NCBI GenBank assembly: GCA_037379345.1
Contig: CM074519.1
Location: 19,246,103-19,310,102 of the forward strand
Length of the DNA stretch: 64,000 nt
Reading direction: 5' to 3'
Source of the DNA: Perna viridis
Taxonomy: Eukaryota
Shown one piece after another: positions 1 through 11,740 of this stretch. Both the position numbers and the translations under genes were made by a program. The notes below the pieces were generated by a model. It did no database searches and was not told the DNA's origin. It saw only the letters and a list, made by a program, of their open reading frames with translations. Numbering within the stretch: position 1 is the first letter of the stretch; each line of letters opens with the position of its first letter.

Positions 1-716
1 GGCCTATGCATGATGACTTCTACCGTGTCTCCCCTTTCCAGCTTTCTAGGCCATCTACTGCCTGTTTTCTGAGAAACTTCAAATTTTTACATGTGTGGTT
101 CTTGGAAATTTACTGCTGCAGATTTCTCACCACAAATAGGAAGGAATGATAATACTTTTGGTATATGGCGTCCACATGATGACTTATACTATGTCTCCCT
201 TTTGCAGCTTTTTAGGTCATCTACAATGTGTTTTCAAAGCTACTTAGATTTTTTACATGTGCCATATTGGGAAATTTTCTGTCACAAATTTCTAAGCACC
301 CATTGAAAGGAATGATTAGATGTTTGGTAAAATAGTGTTTAAATGAGCTTTTAAGATATTTCTATATATACAGATCAATAATTTAAATAGCATGTTATTT
401 TATTTATTTAAAATTTCTGTTATCAGCAAGAAACCATGAAGCCACTGAGGACATTTACTCAACCTTAAATACTTCAAAGGTTACATGTACATAGTGCTTA
501 CTTTTTAATATAATAAGAATGGGTTTTGAAAATATGTCAGAGACAATGACTCAACTTGGGTGAAAATATCAGAACTTTATTGGCACTTTTAATTTCCTTA
601 TTTTTCTTTTTTTTTTGGTTTTGTACCTAATTTCAGATTTTTAAGTAAGATTTCTTTGTATATGGTCATTTTTGGGGGAGCTGGTGACAGATTTAGTGAG
701 CATTGCTCACAGTTTT
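1..716. repeat. 166-bp tandem repeat (about 2 units, 1-340) followed by a Helentron/HINE-type terminal hairpin (about 675-716)
   Basis: CATGATGACTT occurs at 9 and 175 and AGGAATGAT at 142 and 308 (period 166). TTAGTGAGCATTGCTCACAGTTTT near 691-716 resembles the subterminal palindrome of bivalve Helentron non-autonomous elements. Family assignment is from recalled knowledge, not a search. Confidence 0.55.
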
Positions 717-1455
717 TTATAGTTTCAAATGAATTTCTATTTTTTTTCTTTGATATTCAAAATTGTCAATGATGTCAACTGAAGTTTATGTCACAGGAGA
801 AAAGTATTGTGATGAATATGCATTAAAAACATGAAAAAGTCTGAAAGGGAAATTGCAGAGTTTATTTTTCATGTAACTGGTTATCAAAATCACCCATTGG
901 TCAATATCAAAATTGTGCTTGAATAGAAAAAAAATTGGCAATTTTCAATGAAAATGTTACTTACTATAATTAACTGATACATTGCTGATAAATAGAATTA
1001 TGTCAACATTTTGATGTTTTGACAGAATATCTCATTTTGCCCTAACAGGCTTGTTGTGCTATTTTCTGTCTAACCTTCAAATTGCTCTGGAATCCCACCC
1101 CTGTTTTTTTAATAAACTTTAGTTTTTTGAACCCCTTGATCCATGCAAGCAGTTTAGATTCAAGGTCTCTTGTTCTTTTGAAACTTTACAATATTCTTAC
1201 TTATATTTCAGCCACCAAACTGGATGGACATCTCTAATTTCAGAAATACTACACAAACTTTACAGTTGAAGTGGAAGAATTTTGACAGCTTATAAAGATT
1301 AAACAAATGAAAATTTATAGACTTTTACGTTTTTTTTTGTGTGTTTATTATACCTTCCTGCCTTCCTTCCTTTAAGCAGAGGGACCCATTTTTATTTGTT
1401 ACTCCTCCAACACCACTGTATGAACTTTTATTACATGGTTCCCATTGTGCACCTC

Positions 1456-1830
1456 TTTTTTTAGCTCACCCGGCTGTAGTCCATGTGAGCTATTGTCATC
1501 ATTTAGCATCCGTCATCATCTTTAACAATTTCTTCAAACATCTTCTCTGAAAGTACTGAATGGATTTGGTTGAAACTTATATGATTGTTTCTTAGAGCAT
1601 CCTGCACAAATGATTTTGATTTTTGATCTGTTGAAGAACATGGCTGCTGTTACTAAATATAGAACATAGGGGTCAGATAGCAGATTTTTGCACATATCTC
1701 CAAAACCATTTGATTTAACCAAATTCTGACATAGGGTAAAGTATTCAGCATGATGAGATCTATCTGTGTTCAAATTTTGTTTACCCATGTTGGAGTTATT
1801 GCCCATTTTGGATGTTTTTTGCTGTTTTAA
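1456..1830 (+). mobile_element. Helentron-associated non-autonomous element (HINE) fragment
   Basis: Begins T-tract + AGCTCACC...GTGAGCTATTGTCATCA...CATCCGTC, the typical HINE end of bivalves, followed by the usual AAACATCTTCTCTGAAA..ACTG body. Confidence 0.6.
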
Positions 1831-1890
1831 AAACACATTCAATAATACTTAAGCTGACAAGGATAAGCATCAAGAAAAACAATAAAATTC

Positions 1891-2204
1891 AACCTAATTC
1901 TGCACAGAATAAAGACTTATGTAGCACTCCACTTAAGAGTCGTGCAAAATGTGTTTCATGGTTTGAAAGCCTTCATTTTTTTATTTTCGATATTTTGTTT
2001 AAAATGTCATAGTAAACGGAAGTAACATGTGGCTTTCCATATTACCCTTGTTCATAGGAGATAAAAATTAATTAGAATGTACTGTAGAATTCAAATATAT
2101 CAAAAATAAAAACGATGTAGGCTTTCCAGCCATGAATCACATTTTGCATGATTTTTATGTGGAGTGCTACATAAGTCTTTTTTTTCTGTGCAGAATTTGG
2201 TTGC
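1891..2204. mobile_element. MITE / long inverted repeat (GTAGCACTCCA...TGGAGTGCTAC family)
   Basis: About 100-bp arms: AATTCTGCACAGAATAAAGACTTATGTAGCACTCCAC versus GTGGAGTGCTACATAAGTCTTT...CTGTGCAGAATT. Related copies at about 4968-5357 and 45840-46083. Confidence 0.7.
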
Positions 2205-3049
2205 TTTATTAGGGCACTTTAAAATCATTTTCTGAGCCATCCACTGTGGGTTAAAATAAATCTTTTTTTTCTATTTGACATACATATACTTGTGATATAA
2301 ACATACATTCAGTTGAAACATATGTTGTGCCTCCCATATCATAGCATTTGCCAGATTTTTACATGGACAGCCATTTAAATGAATAATAAGATTTTGGGGG
2401 GAAAACAAAAACAGAATATTCAAGACATTAAACAGGTTGCAAGTGCCATATGAGTCTAAAAGACGTGAAAGAGAACAAACTCTTGTACAGTTCTTCCTGA
2501 CCCATCGAGATTTGGATACCACGCTTGACACAGGAGGAAGGGGAAGTATATCAATCTCGGCAGGAAGCGCTGGCTTTTTCTCTCAGGTTATAGATTTCAA
2601 TCATGATTTATTCCGCTATTTCAAATCCGGATTTTACCGTTAGTGCTGGGTTGAACGATATTTTCATCAAATACTGTCAAGAGAAAAGACGAAATTTAAC
2701 ACCGTCGTCAATGTATAAGAACATGTTTAGGTTATTTTAATGATGTAGCTTCCGGAGTAAAGAGATTTCATACGATCGGGTTTCTTTAAGGTATGCATAA
2801 ACACATCTCTTAAGCTTGACACAATTTCAACTACTTTATCCGACAACGAAATGTCACATCCAAGTATTTATCTTACTAAAATTGAAGATGTTTCTGATCT
2901 TGAGCCTTAAGTAGTTGACATGAATTACATATCTTGTCTTCCTAGCAGTGTACCATTCGGACAAGTATTTTCATTTATTCGTTTCCTAACATATACAATA
3001 AAAAATACATGTTAATATCCTGACCCCCTACCTCCCCCCCCCAAAAAAA

Positions 3050-3080
<31 letters not shown>

Positions 3081-3606
3081 CAAAAACTAAACAAAACGAT
3101 TCCAAAACAAAAAAGTCGAATGTAATGATTACACTTTTTAAACTTGTATTTGTAGAACCCACTGAAGTTATTATGATCATATCTGTATTCAGAGATTGAA
3201 CGATTAGTTGTCATTTATTTATTTATTTTATTATTATTATTGTTATTATTTTTTTGTTTATTTCTTCAATATATATTAGACGAGTATTTCCTTCTTCATT
3301 TTGTGTGGATATAAAAATATTTCCGGTTTTAATTTATGACTTTCTTTTTGTCTTTATAAAATTTGAAATTCTGTTAATTCAAACGAGTCTGTGGGCAGTG
3401 GCCCTAAAGGACACCAAATGAGTCCCAAGCTTTTATATTCAATATTTGTAATTTTAAATGGCAATAAAAATTTGCATGCATGAGTTCGTTCATTTTCATT
3501 TTGTTTGCTTAAACAACGATAGATACTTAGCAGTTGATTGTGATTGAACTTTTTAACTGAAAAAAAACGGCAAACATAACTCATAAAAAATGTGTATCTA
3601 CAAAAT

Positions 3607-3825
3607 CAGAGGACGCTTACCCTACCGGTGCACCTGGTCCATGCTCCCAGTTTTTAGTGGAGTCCGAGTAACGTTGCTCATTTGCTTTTGTTACTTTGTA
3701 TGTATGATTTTAGTTACTTTATGTTCTTTATTATGTATGTCTGTTTTCCATGTCTGGGCTTTGTACCTTGATTACATTCTTTTGATTACCGCTAGCTATA
3801 ACCTTGGTTCCCTTGATTACTCTTT
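3607..3825 (+). mobile_element. Penelope-like (Naiad-type) retroelement 3'-end fragment
   Basis: AGAGGACGCTTACCCTACCGGTGCACCTGGTCCATG...CCTTGATTACTCTTT matches the sequence directly downstream of the RT ORF remnants at about 29991-30200 and 43959-44160. Confidence 0.75.
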
Positions 3826-4525
3826 CACAAAAAAATATCACATTTCCCAGTATACAATAAAACCTGAATTTTCAAGGGTATACACATAAAACTAAGATTA
3901 CCATATCATTATTATTCATATGATAAATGGATGATCCCCAATCTTCAGTATTAAACGGAGCTAGAAAAGGCAAGGTGCTTATCTGAAAAGAGGCAAACGT
4001 GTGAAATAAATTCGAAAGAGTCCTTTGGCGCGTTACGTTTTATTTTGGTCAAAAGGCAATACAGGTACCCCTTAACTGAGCAAATGGCAAAAGTGAATGT
4101 TTGACTAATGAAAACCATGAATTCATTATTTTGGTTATTTTATGTTCTTTGTTTCGTGTGTTTTTCTTGTCTGATCTTTGTCCCTGGGTTACATTCTTTT
4201 GATTTCCGATAGAATCTTGGTTTCTTTGATTACTCTTTCATTCAAGGCAAAAAAGTGATATTTCATAAGCGTTGCTCGAGTGGTTATCTAGGTGCAAATT
4301 CATTAGAATTTGACATCAAAATTATAATTGTAGTAAATTATCTTATCATAATTTTCTTAGTTTCTGAAAATAATCAAGATTTTAGAAGGAGATCTGCACA
4401 AATTAATTCAAATATCAGATAGGTTTGGTGGTTTTACTTGGTTGAATATTCGTTTATGATACTTCTGTAAGTCATGTAGCAGGGAATACCAGAGACTTCA
4501 AAGTTTAATTTGATATTGATCTGGA

Positions 4526-4713
4526 ATACTGTCAACCAATCACGACCTATTTATTTTTTGCGACTTTCGCGGACGTAGAATTATCGCGAAAAAGCATACT
4601 TAGACATTATCTTTATATGTTCAAGCAATTGTTTGTATAAAAAATGCGAAAATAAATCTTCGATTTTAGCCAACCACGGAAAATAGTCGCGAAAATAAAT
4701 TGGTTTGCAGTAC
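4526..4713. mobile_element. Short MITE with TACTG...CAGTA termini
   Basis: TACTGTCAACCAAT at the left end, ATTGGTTTGCAGTA at the right end, and internal TCGCGAAAA motifs. A related fragment lies near 63750-63840. Confidence 0.5.
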
Positions 4714-4967
4714 TTAAAAACTTGGGCATTTAAGCTGAACCTAAGTAAAGCTTCAATCCTAATGTTCAACGTACAAAATACCAAAAAATGACTTGAGTTT
4801 TGTTTTTTGGTGATGATTCATCCTTGAAGAAAGTCACTGTCATACGCATCTTGGTATAACTTTTAGTAGCGAACGCGAGTGTACAGTTTACATTGTATAT
4901 CGATAGAATAGCCGTTGCAACTGCAAAATGCCTTAATTACGTTTTCCCGCAAATGAAAATATATACT

Positions 4968-5357
4968 TAAGTAGTTGTCTATGTAAGAATCATGCAAAAT
5001 CTTAAAAATGTGATACACCCTTAAAAAGGCTACATATTTTTTTTTGTAGTTAATTTGTTTTATTTGTCTATACTATGAAATGTGTAATTATTCATTCAAA
5101 TCTGCCTTCTCTTTGAAGATAATCAACATAGAAAATCCAGTATATTCTATTGTATTTGAGGGAGTCATCTTCCTTAATTTTGAAATCTACAGTGCATTCT
5201 ATACAATTTTTATCTCCTAAGAGCACGGGTTATATGAAAAACTGAATGTTAATTTCTGTTTACTATGACCTTTCAAACAAAATATAAGAAATAAAAATAT
5301 GTAGGCTTTTTACCTATGAATCACATTTTGCATGATCCTTAGCTGGAGTGCTACTTA
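4968..5357. mobile_element. MITE, TTAA-flanked (same family as 1891-2204 and 45840-46083)
   Basis: Right end is GGAGTGCTACTTAA and the left end is a degenerate TTAAGTAG...TCATGCAAAAT. The internal AATGTGTAATTATTCATTCAAATCTGCC is shared with 45841. Confidence 0.6.
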
Positions 5358-5384
5358 ACAGGAAGTAATTGGAAACTTACCTAC

Positions 5385-5640
5385 ATCAGAACCTGTGTAG
5401 AGTATTCTTCAAAAGATAGGGATAAATATGGTCAGATAAGTACTGAAAGATTAGAACATGTTCAAATCGAGACAGCACGTACAGTGAGGGGGATGTCATG
5501 TTTTGCTGGGATTGATTCCTTATCCAATGAGTCTGATTTGGAACGATTGGACGTAAGAGAGTACATGGGTAAAACACAACGTTCTCTAAAATTACAAAGA
5601 AACAAGCCCATGATTTTTTGCGAGTGCAATTTACAATTAA
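5385..5640 (+). mobile_element. Decayed CR1-like LINE fragment (region C-terminal to RT)
   Basis: Manual translation gives ...EYSSK..DKYGQISTERLEHVQIETARTVRGMSCFAGIDSLSNESDLERLDVR, resembling the CR1-group motif LEY....WD......LE.VQ.EAAR.VTG.....S...LY.E.GWE.L..RR. Confidence 0.6.
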
Positions 5641-6353
5641 TTTCTATCACGTACTGAAGACCATATACAAAGTAAAACAGGTAAATTAAAAAAAATGTAA
5701 ACATACTTGGATTAATAAAAAAGCCAAGACTAAGTTAATGTGCCTACACAAAGGAAAGCCTCCAATGATACTTGTAGATTAAAACAGCTTGAGAACTAGA
5801 TTTAGAGCGTTTTATTTTTTATATTCCTGTTTGAAAAATAACAATTGCTTGAACTTGAAAAGCAATTTCTCATATATACAAAATGTATCTCCTGACGAAC
5901 GACCAGAATGACTTGTTTGTTTATAGCCAATTCTTCATGACACCAATAAATATTACTAGAATGTCGGTTCCTAAGAGAGACTGAGATTTACAATATTTGT
6001 CGTGGATATAACGAATATAGGTATGTTGAATATGCCAAAGAGACAACAACCCCATCGGGATTAAATGTTGCCCAAGGCCATCCATTGGTCTTCAATGAAC
6101 GACGAGGAAACCCTCACACCACAGGGCAGGTTGCAGCTTGCACCAAAACATTATTATACAGCGAAAGCATTGCCCATATACATCTAGATGTCTTTTTTTA
6201 GCGGACTTGACCTTTAACAAAAAACCTTTTTGTTTATTTGAACTTGTTATTTACATATAGGTAATTATATATGTATGTCATATCTGAGATATGAAGGTTA
6301 GATATCATCTGATTAGATAGAAAAGGGAAAGAAAGGAACACCTTCAGATTTCG

Positions 6354-7561
6354 CTAATGAAAAGACATTCCCGCAGGGTATCCATACCCATCGACGTTTC
6401 GGAATCCATATAACCACAGACCAAATTTTTTCTCATATTTATGAAAAAGGGTGTGTGGTCCATGATTAATGTTATGCGCCAAGGCTGAGTGTGCTGTACC
6501 GTTTATTGATTTTGTTTTTGAATGACTAAACGAAATTTCTTCTTCATCTAGAACAAAACTTTTACACATGCCACATCCCCCTTGTATTGCTATGCTGATA
6601 GAACTTGAAAACCCTTCAGGAACAATGAAATCATATCGAGACTTATACTGGTTGACACCGTGAATTGTCATCATGAAAGAATCGCCCACATTAGAGCCTT
6701 TTTCGTGAGGAAATATCGTCACCAAAAGCCCAGTCGTTGATTTAATATAAGAGATATCCATGTGTTCAATGTCATGATATTGAGCCTTTTCCAGTGTTAT
6801 ATGCTTTTCTTCCTTTCCGGAAATGAAGATAGAACTATTTTCGTAAGTCAGTAACCGAACAGTACTGTTGGCCTTTTTCAAAATTGGCGGTATCACAAAT
6901 TCCTTATCGAGTTTCTCTGCTGGTATTACATATTCTGTGAAGTGATTGCATGTGCTAACTGTCACAGAGTTGCATTTGTTTCCAGAAACCACTGCTATCG
7001 GCTCTGAGGCGGAAACAATTGAGCCTGTCAAATCATATGTATGAGTCAGTTGAACGCTTTGAAAAGACTCTAATATTATTGTTATTGTTTTACCACTTCC
7101 ATATTGTTGTCCCTCGTACGATACTAAACCTGAAGACGTTTTAACGTGTACCTCAACTTTCGTTCGTTTACTTAAAGATGCAATTCCAATTAAGCTTGCT
7201 GACAATTTTCGGTTTCCCCAAACGGTAAATGATGGAACGACATAATTCCGCGAGAGATAGTGCTCAGGTATTGCTAAGTAACCATCACATGTATCTTTGT
7301 GGCGTTGAAACCCGAAAACTTCAATTGGAATATCGGATGTTATGCGTATAACTTTATTTGATACTCCATGGTTGTCAAGAAAAACCGATTTTGGCATTTT
7401 TTTCTCGTTTGCTCCACGTGTAATATGAAACTTGTTACTTGTCCCTTCAAATTTGATCATTGCTGTTCCATTTGACCTACTGTAAATGTAGAGTGTTGGT
7501 ATAGTTAATTGTCGGGAGTATGGTTCTGTAAATATTGTAACGTAATCTTTTGCACTTCGAC
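6354..7561 (-). CDS. FCGBP-N-like gene, last exon (whole IgGFc-binding domain)
   Basis: Acceptor TTTTTATTGTAG at 7563-7562. Reads G-RSAKDYVTIFTEPY...MIKFEG... in frame with ORF 6354..7460. Confidence 0.92.
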
Positions 7562-10500
7562 CTACAATAAAAACATGTCTGTGTATATATCTAGCTATGC
7601 CTGATTAAGTTACAAGAAACTTTCACTTTCACACATGCACAAAATTACTCACCATTTGTACTGTAAATCTTATTTATTCTTGATGTTCTTTTCATTATTG
7701 AACCTATTACAGTAGGATAGCAGGCTATCGATTTTTGAGAATTAAATGCAACGGAATATAATATGACAGAATTATATATCGATGGAAAGCTTATTTCAAG
7801 CTCTATCGAAATAGCGATGTCGTACACATCGATTGTGGTCACATCTGTAAAGAAATCGGGTCATAGATCAATCATGAGTTTTAAGAAGTCATTTTGAATC
7901 TTTTTTGTATGACTAATTTCCCTTTGCTGGATGGAAAAATTCTTAACTTTTTACATCAGATCAGCTCAAAATTCATGTCATAAGCTCAAATTTCATGTCA
8001 TAAGGAATCAATAGCTATATTTAATAAAACCTAGCAAATACCAACACCGTACATTTACAGTAGGACAAATGGAACAGTAATGATCAAATTTGAAGGGAGA
8101 AGTCACACGTTTCCTATTACACGTGGAGCAAACGAGAAAAATACCCAACACGATTTTTATTGACAACCATGGGGTTTCAAATAAAGTTACACGCATAACA
8201 TCCGATATTCCTGTTGAAGTTTTCGGGTTTCAACGCCACAAAAATACATTGGTTAACATGCCAGAAACTTTCAAATTTTAGCAGCTCGAAAGAAAAGGCC
8301 GACCTTGACCTTTGAGGTATCGAAATGTAATTTTTTTTGGAGAATTTTTGAATTGCCAAGACTCATTTTTTCCTTGTTTATAAATTTTGTAATGAGACAA
8401 AATTCGGAATTATGGTATACAGTTAGAATTGCAAACAAAAAAATCAGTACATTAAATCACTTAAGCCCTAATTTAATTATGTATTTATTTATCCCTGTTC
8501 TTCACGGGATACAAAAAATAATTACAGCGAAACGGTATTCACTAGAAAAACGGATAAATAGAGAATCATAAGAATAGCATCATTTTTTTTCTTAGACCAC
8601 CAACATAGTACCATAATGAGTCAGATATTCCGAATTAATTTGAACTCCGTGCAAGACTTGACACACTGTTTATGAAGTCATTTTTTCTTGGATAAATAGG
8701 AAATGTGGGTCAAAGTCGAAATGCTTTAACAGATGTATACAAATAATGCAATCACAATCTTTTAGTGTGCCCTCTTATAAGTAAGAAGCAAACATTCCCA
8801 TTTATTAAGCAGATGTACTTTTTTTCAAATGTTTTGGTTACACTTAGGATTTCTTATTTAGCTAAACCACTGATCCAACCCTCTCTTTTTATATGCCTAA
8901 ATGTTTTAAGACTAAGATTTCTTTTAACCCCCCCCCCCCCCCCCATGATAATCATCTCTCAAATTTACTAGTCTTAGTAATAGATCTCGAAATTTAGAAA
9001 AAAAAATATTATAATCCGAAATTAAAACGTATCAACTCAGATTTGGTCAGTCTTATAAGATTAATCAAGGAAACTAAGGTTATAGCGGTAATCAAAAGAA
9101 TGTAATCCAGGGACAAAGACCGGACATGGAAAACTGACATACTCAACAAAGAACATGAAGTAACTAAAATCATACATACAAAGTAACAAAAGCAAATGAG
9201 CAACTCGGATTCCACTAAATACTAGGAACATGGACCATATGCACCGATAGGGTGAGCGTCCTCTGCTTTTCTAGAAACACCCGCCGAGTTGCTTATAAAA
9301 AGTCCGGGGTAGACAAACGAGGAAAGGAAAACTATGACACGTTGAATAAATTAGTTTTCATAGTGCAGATGGATACACAATAATGACGACCATAAATAAG
9401 CGGATATCCAAATAAGAGCACAAATACAAAGTTCTGTCGAAGGTTTCTTGCAAACTAAACAAAAATAACCAAGCAAAATAAACAGTACACATCATATCAT
9501 CAGCAAGGCTCAGCAACACAAGAGTGTAATTTTAACTAAGCTTTCTAGTCATTGACTGGTTACAATACACGGTAGAATGTACACGGAATACGTAAATTAG
9601 CATAAGTAAATGGTCTGAAAAAACTACGTCAATATTTTCTGCATGTCAATATTAACTTAAAAATTACAGCCTCATGTAATCAATCCTTAATGCTTAGTTT
9701 GAAACACACTTAGATCATTAACAATTTTTTGCATGTTTTCATAATCAAAATTGACTTTTTAACAGCCTGCATTTGTGAAGGTAAACATGGCGCCCGCATA
9801 AAACGCAAAATTTGACAACTTGTGACCACAATACCTTTGTACGACAATTCTAACTAGAAGGTAGAATGATTTTCCTAAAAAAAATTATACCAAATTACGC
9901 CCTATTACATTTCGGTGCATTAAACTTCGTTATTTGAAGACTTTTTTCACCTCTGCTATTATACAGTATGCGCCGAAGCAAGTATAAGAGAGTGTGCAAT
10001 GACTTGTACAGTGCATGTACACGAACTGAATATGTAGAAGACATAAAATCAATCACAAAAATAACATGTGAAAATAATATATTGGCAGAAGGGAATGACA
10101 TTTTCAATTTGTTACTGACCTATTATTAACAAAAAATTAACTGCAAAAACAAAAAATAAATATTATATAAAAGGCAATGCCTTGTCTAATCAGTAAAATA
10201 GCAAAATACTGTTTTTGCAACATTATTTTTGTAATATGTCAGTTTAATAAATCGCCCTTAATATGAATGTCAGTCCCTGTAAGAATCAGGCAGTAGGTGA
10301 AATATGGTATGAAAAAAGCCCATCATATTAATAGTGCAAATTGACTGTTTGGACCATCAGAATCACGGAAAACGGACAATATTTCCCATATCACGCTGGA
10401 CCATTGAGTTACAATTTCATTGAAATGCACCGAAAAGGAACATTTCAAGGGCAGATAACTCGTTAAAAACCTCATTTTTCTAAGATCCAATTCAACAATT

Positions 10501-11186
10501 TCTGAGCAAATCCAACGACACAGAGATCAAATAATGGTCTTTTTTTTAAATAAAGAAAGCATCCTTGAGTGATATTTTATTGTCAGATCAGTGGGGTTGG
10601 CACATGCATGTTTCTGATTTTTCCCATTTTGACTAAATCTTACAAACACTTTATTAGTAATGATTATAAATCATTGAAACATACCATCTGGTTCTTCTTC
10701 GTCCCCACATTTCATTTCTGCAATGGCATTTTCAATAATGTCTGCCTTCTTTGTTCCATTCTTGATACCTTCTTGCAGAATATTTGTAACATTAAGGGCT
10801 ATATCTATTTTATTATCCAAAGTTTCCAATCTGCTCATTACGTTCTCATATTTGTTTTGTAGAACTCCTGCTGAATTATTGACTTCTCGAAATTTGCTTT
10901 CTAAAGCATACAATTTGTCTGCTATAACACTATCAACAATCCCGGGGAGAATTGAAGCGACACTCCTTTTAATTTCAGATTTAATAAGTTTCGTCATCTG
11001 CTTTGTCAATTCAGAGAGATCCAAATCAGCCTTTAAGGGTGCGCTATATTGCGATAGAAGCGGAACTTGAAGGGACCCGTGACACTCTACATCATTTTCT
11101 TCACAAGATTGGGCGGAACAAAGATTGAATTCATATTGGAACCAACACAAGCATAATAAAACGTAAAACTTGTTAATCCACTCCAT
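6354..11186 (-). CDS. Secreted coiled-coil + IgGFc-binding-protein N-terminal domain protein (FCGBP-N-like), about 633 aa, 3 coding exons
   Basis: Exons 11186-10685, 7844-7653 and 7561-6354. Both introns are GT-AG and phase 1, and the total of 1902 nt is an open frame. Signal peptide MEWINKFYVLLCLCWFQYEFNLCSA, then a heptad-rich region, then FCGBP-N motifs (DGYLAIP..LSRNYVVP, DLTGSIVSASEPIAVVSGNKC, C-terminal YGYPAG). Minus-strand AATAAA at 6238-6233. Confidence 0.9.
7653..7844 (-). CDS. FCGBP-N-like gene, exon 2 (192 nt, symmetric phase 1-1)
   Basis: Acceptor TTTCTTTACAG at 7846-7845 and donor GTGAGT at 7652. Open in the required frame (DVTTIDVYDIAISIELEI...KIYSTNG). Confidence 0.75.
8038..8249 (+). 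pseudogene. Inverted partial copy of the FCGBP-N last exon inside intron 1
   Basis: Reverse-complement match to 7289-7502, roughly 85% by eye, with one frameshift. Translates IFIDNHGVSNKVTRITSDIPVEVFGFQRHK versus VFLDNHGVSNKVIRITSDIPIEVFGFQRHK. Confidence 0.9.
9060..9395 (-). mobile_element. Penelope-like (Naiad-type) 3'-end fragment
   Basis: Same sequence family as 29991-30290 (ESELLICFCYFVCMILV pseudo-ORF; end of RT ORF). Confidence 0.75.
10270..10650. mobile_element. MITE with TGTAAGAATCAGGCA-type TIRs in intron 1 of the FCGBP-N gene
   Basis: Left end CTGTAAGAATCAGGCAG and degenerate right end TGACTAAATCTTACAAA. Mirror copy at 16075-16447 and a family member at 62830-63196. Confidence 0.65.
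10685..11186 (-). CDS. FCGBP-N-like gene, exon 1 (signal peptide + coiled coil)
   Basis: ATG at 11186 and donor G|GTATGT at 10684. Paralogous to 15420-16014. Confidence 0.88.
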
Positions 11187-11465
11187 TACTCTTCTACATT
11201 TATTTTAAATTAAATATCCAAATAAAGTGATCTAAGGACCATCACAAATGAAATTAAAGTATCTTAAAAACAATTCACCACTTAAGATACTTCAAACAGA
11301 AAAGTATAAGATAATTTGATACAGAATTCATATTTCCTTTTCGACATACGTTAAAATAAATAATTTACAAACATGTTATTTAAGTCAATAGAAAAGTAGT
11401 GGAATGTAAACAAGGGTTTTTTTTTTTGGTTTTTTTTTTTGGGGGGGGGGCGATAACAGGTTTTA

Positions 11466-11740
11466 AAAGAGTAATCAATTGAACCAACATTCTAGCGGAA
11501 ATTAAAAGAATGTAATCCAGGGACAAAGACTAGAAAAGGAAAACAGATAAACATGATAAATACAACAAATGACATAAAGTAACTAAAACGATGCATACAA
11601 AGTAACAAAACTAAATGAGCAACTCGGACTCCACTAAAAACTGGGACCATGGACCAGGTGCACCAGTATGGTAAGCGTCTGTTGCTTTGCCGACTTGCTC
11701 ATAAAAAGTCAAGTCCGGGGTAGAAGGAAGAGGAAATGAA
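11466..11740 (-). mobile_element. Penelope-like 3'-end fragment upstream of the FCGBP-N gene
   Basis: AAAAGAGTAATCAA...GAGCAACTCGGACTCCACTAAAAACTGGG...GGACCAGGTGCACC, same family as the other copies. Confidence 0.75.

Noticed and set aside
2437-2790. Relatively GC-rich, coding-like stretch
   Set aside because: Stops occur in all frames and I recognised no motif. It may be a decayed exon or TE remnant but cannot be assigned without blastx.
3590-3889. Hydrophobic ORFs that look like small membrane proteins (also 9009-9215, 14950-15162, 40109-40438, 44740-44970)
   Set aside because: All are translations of the same T-rich Penelope-like 3' repeat.
10723-11070. 115-aa plus-strand ORF
   Set aside because: Antisense shadow of the coiled-coil exon.
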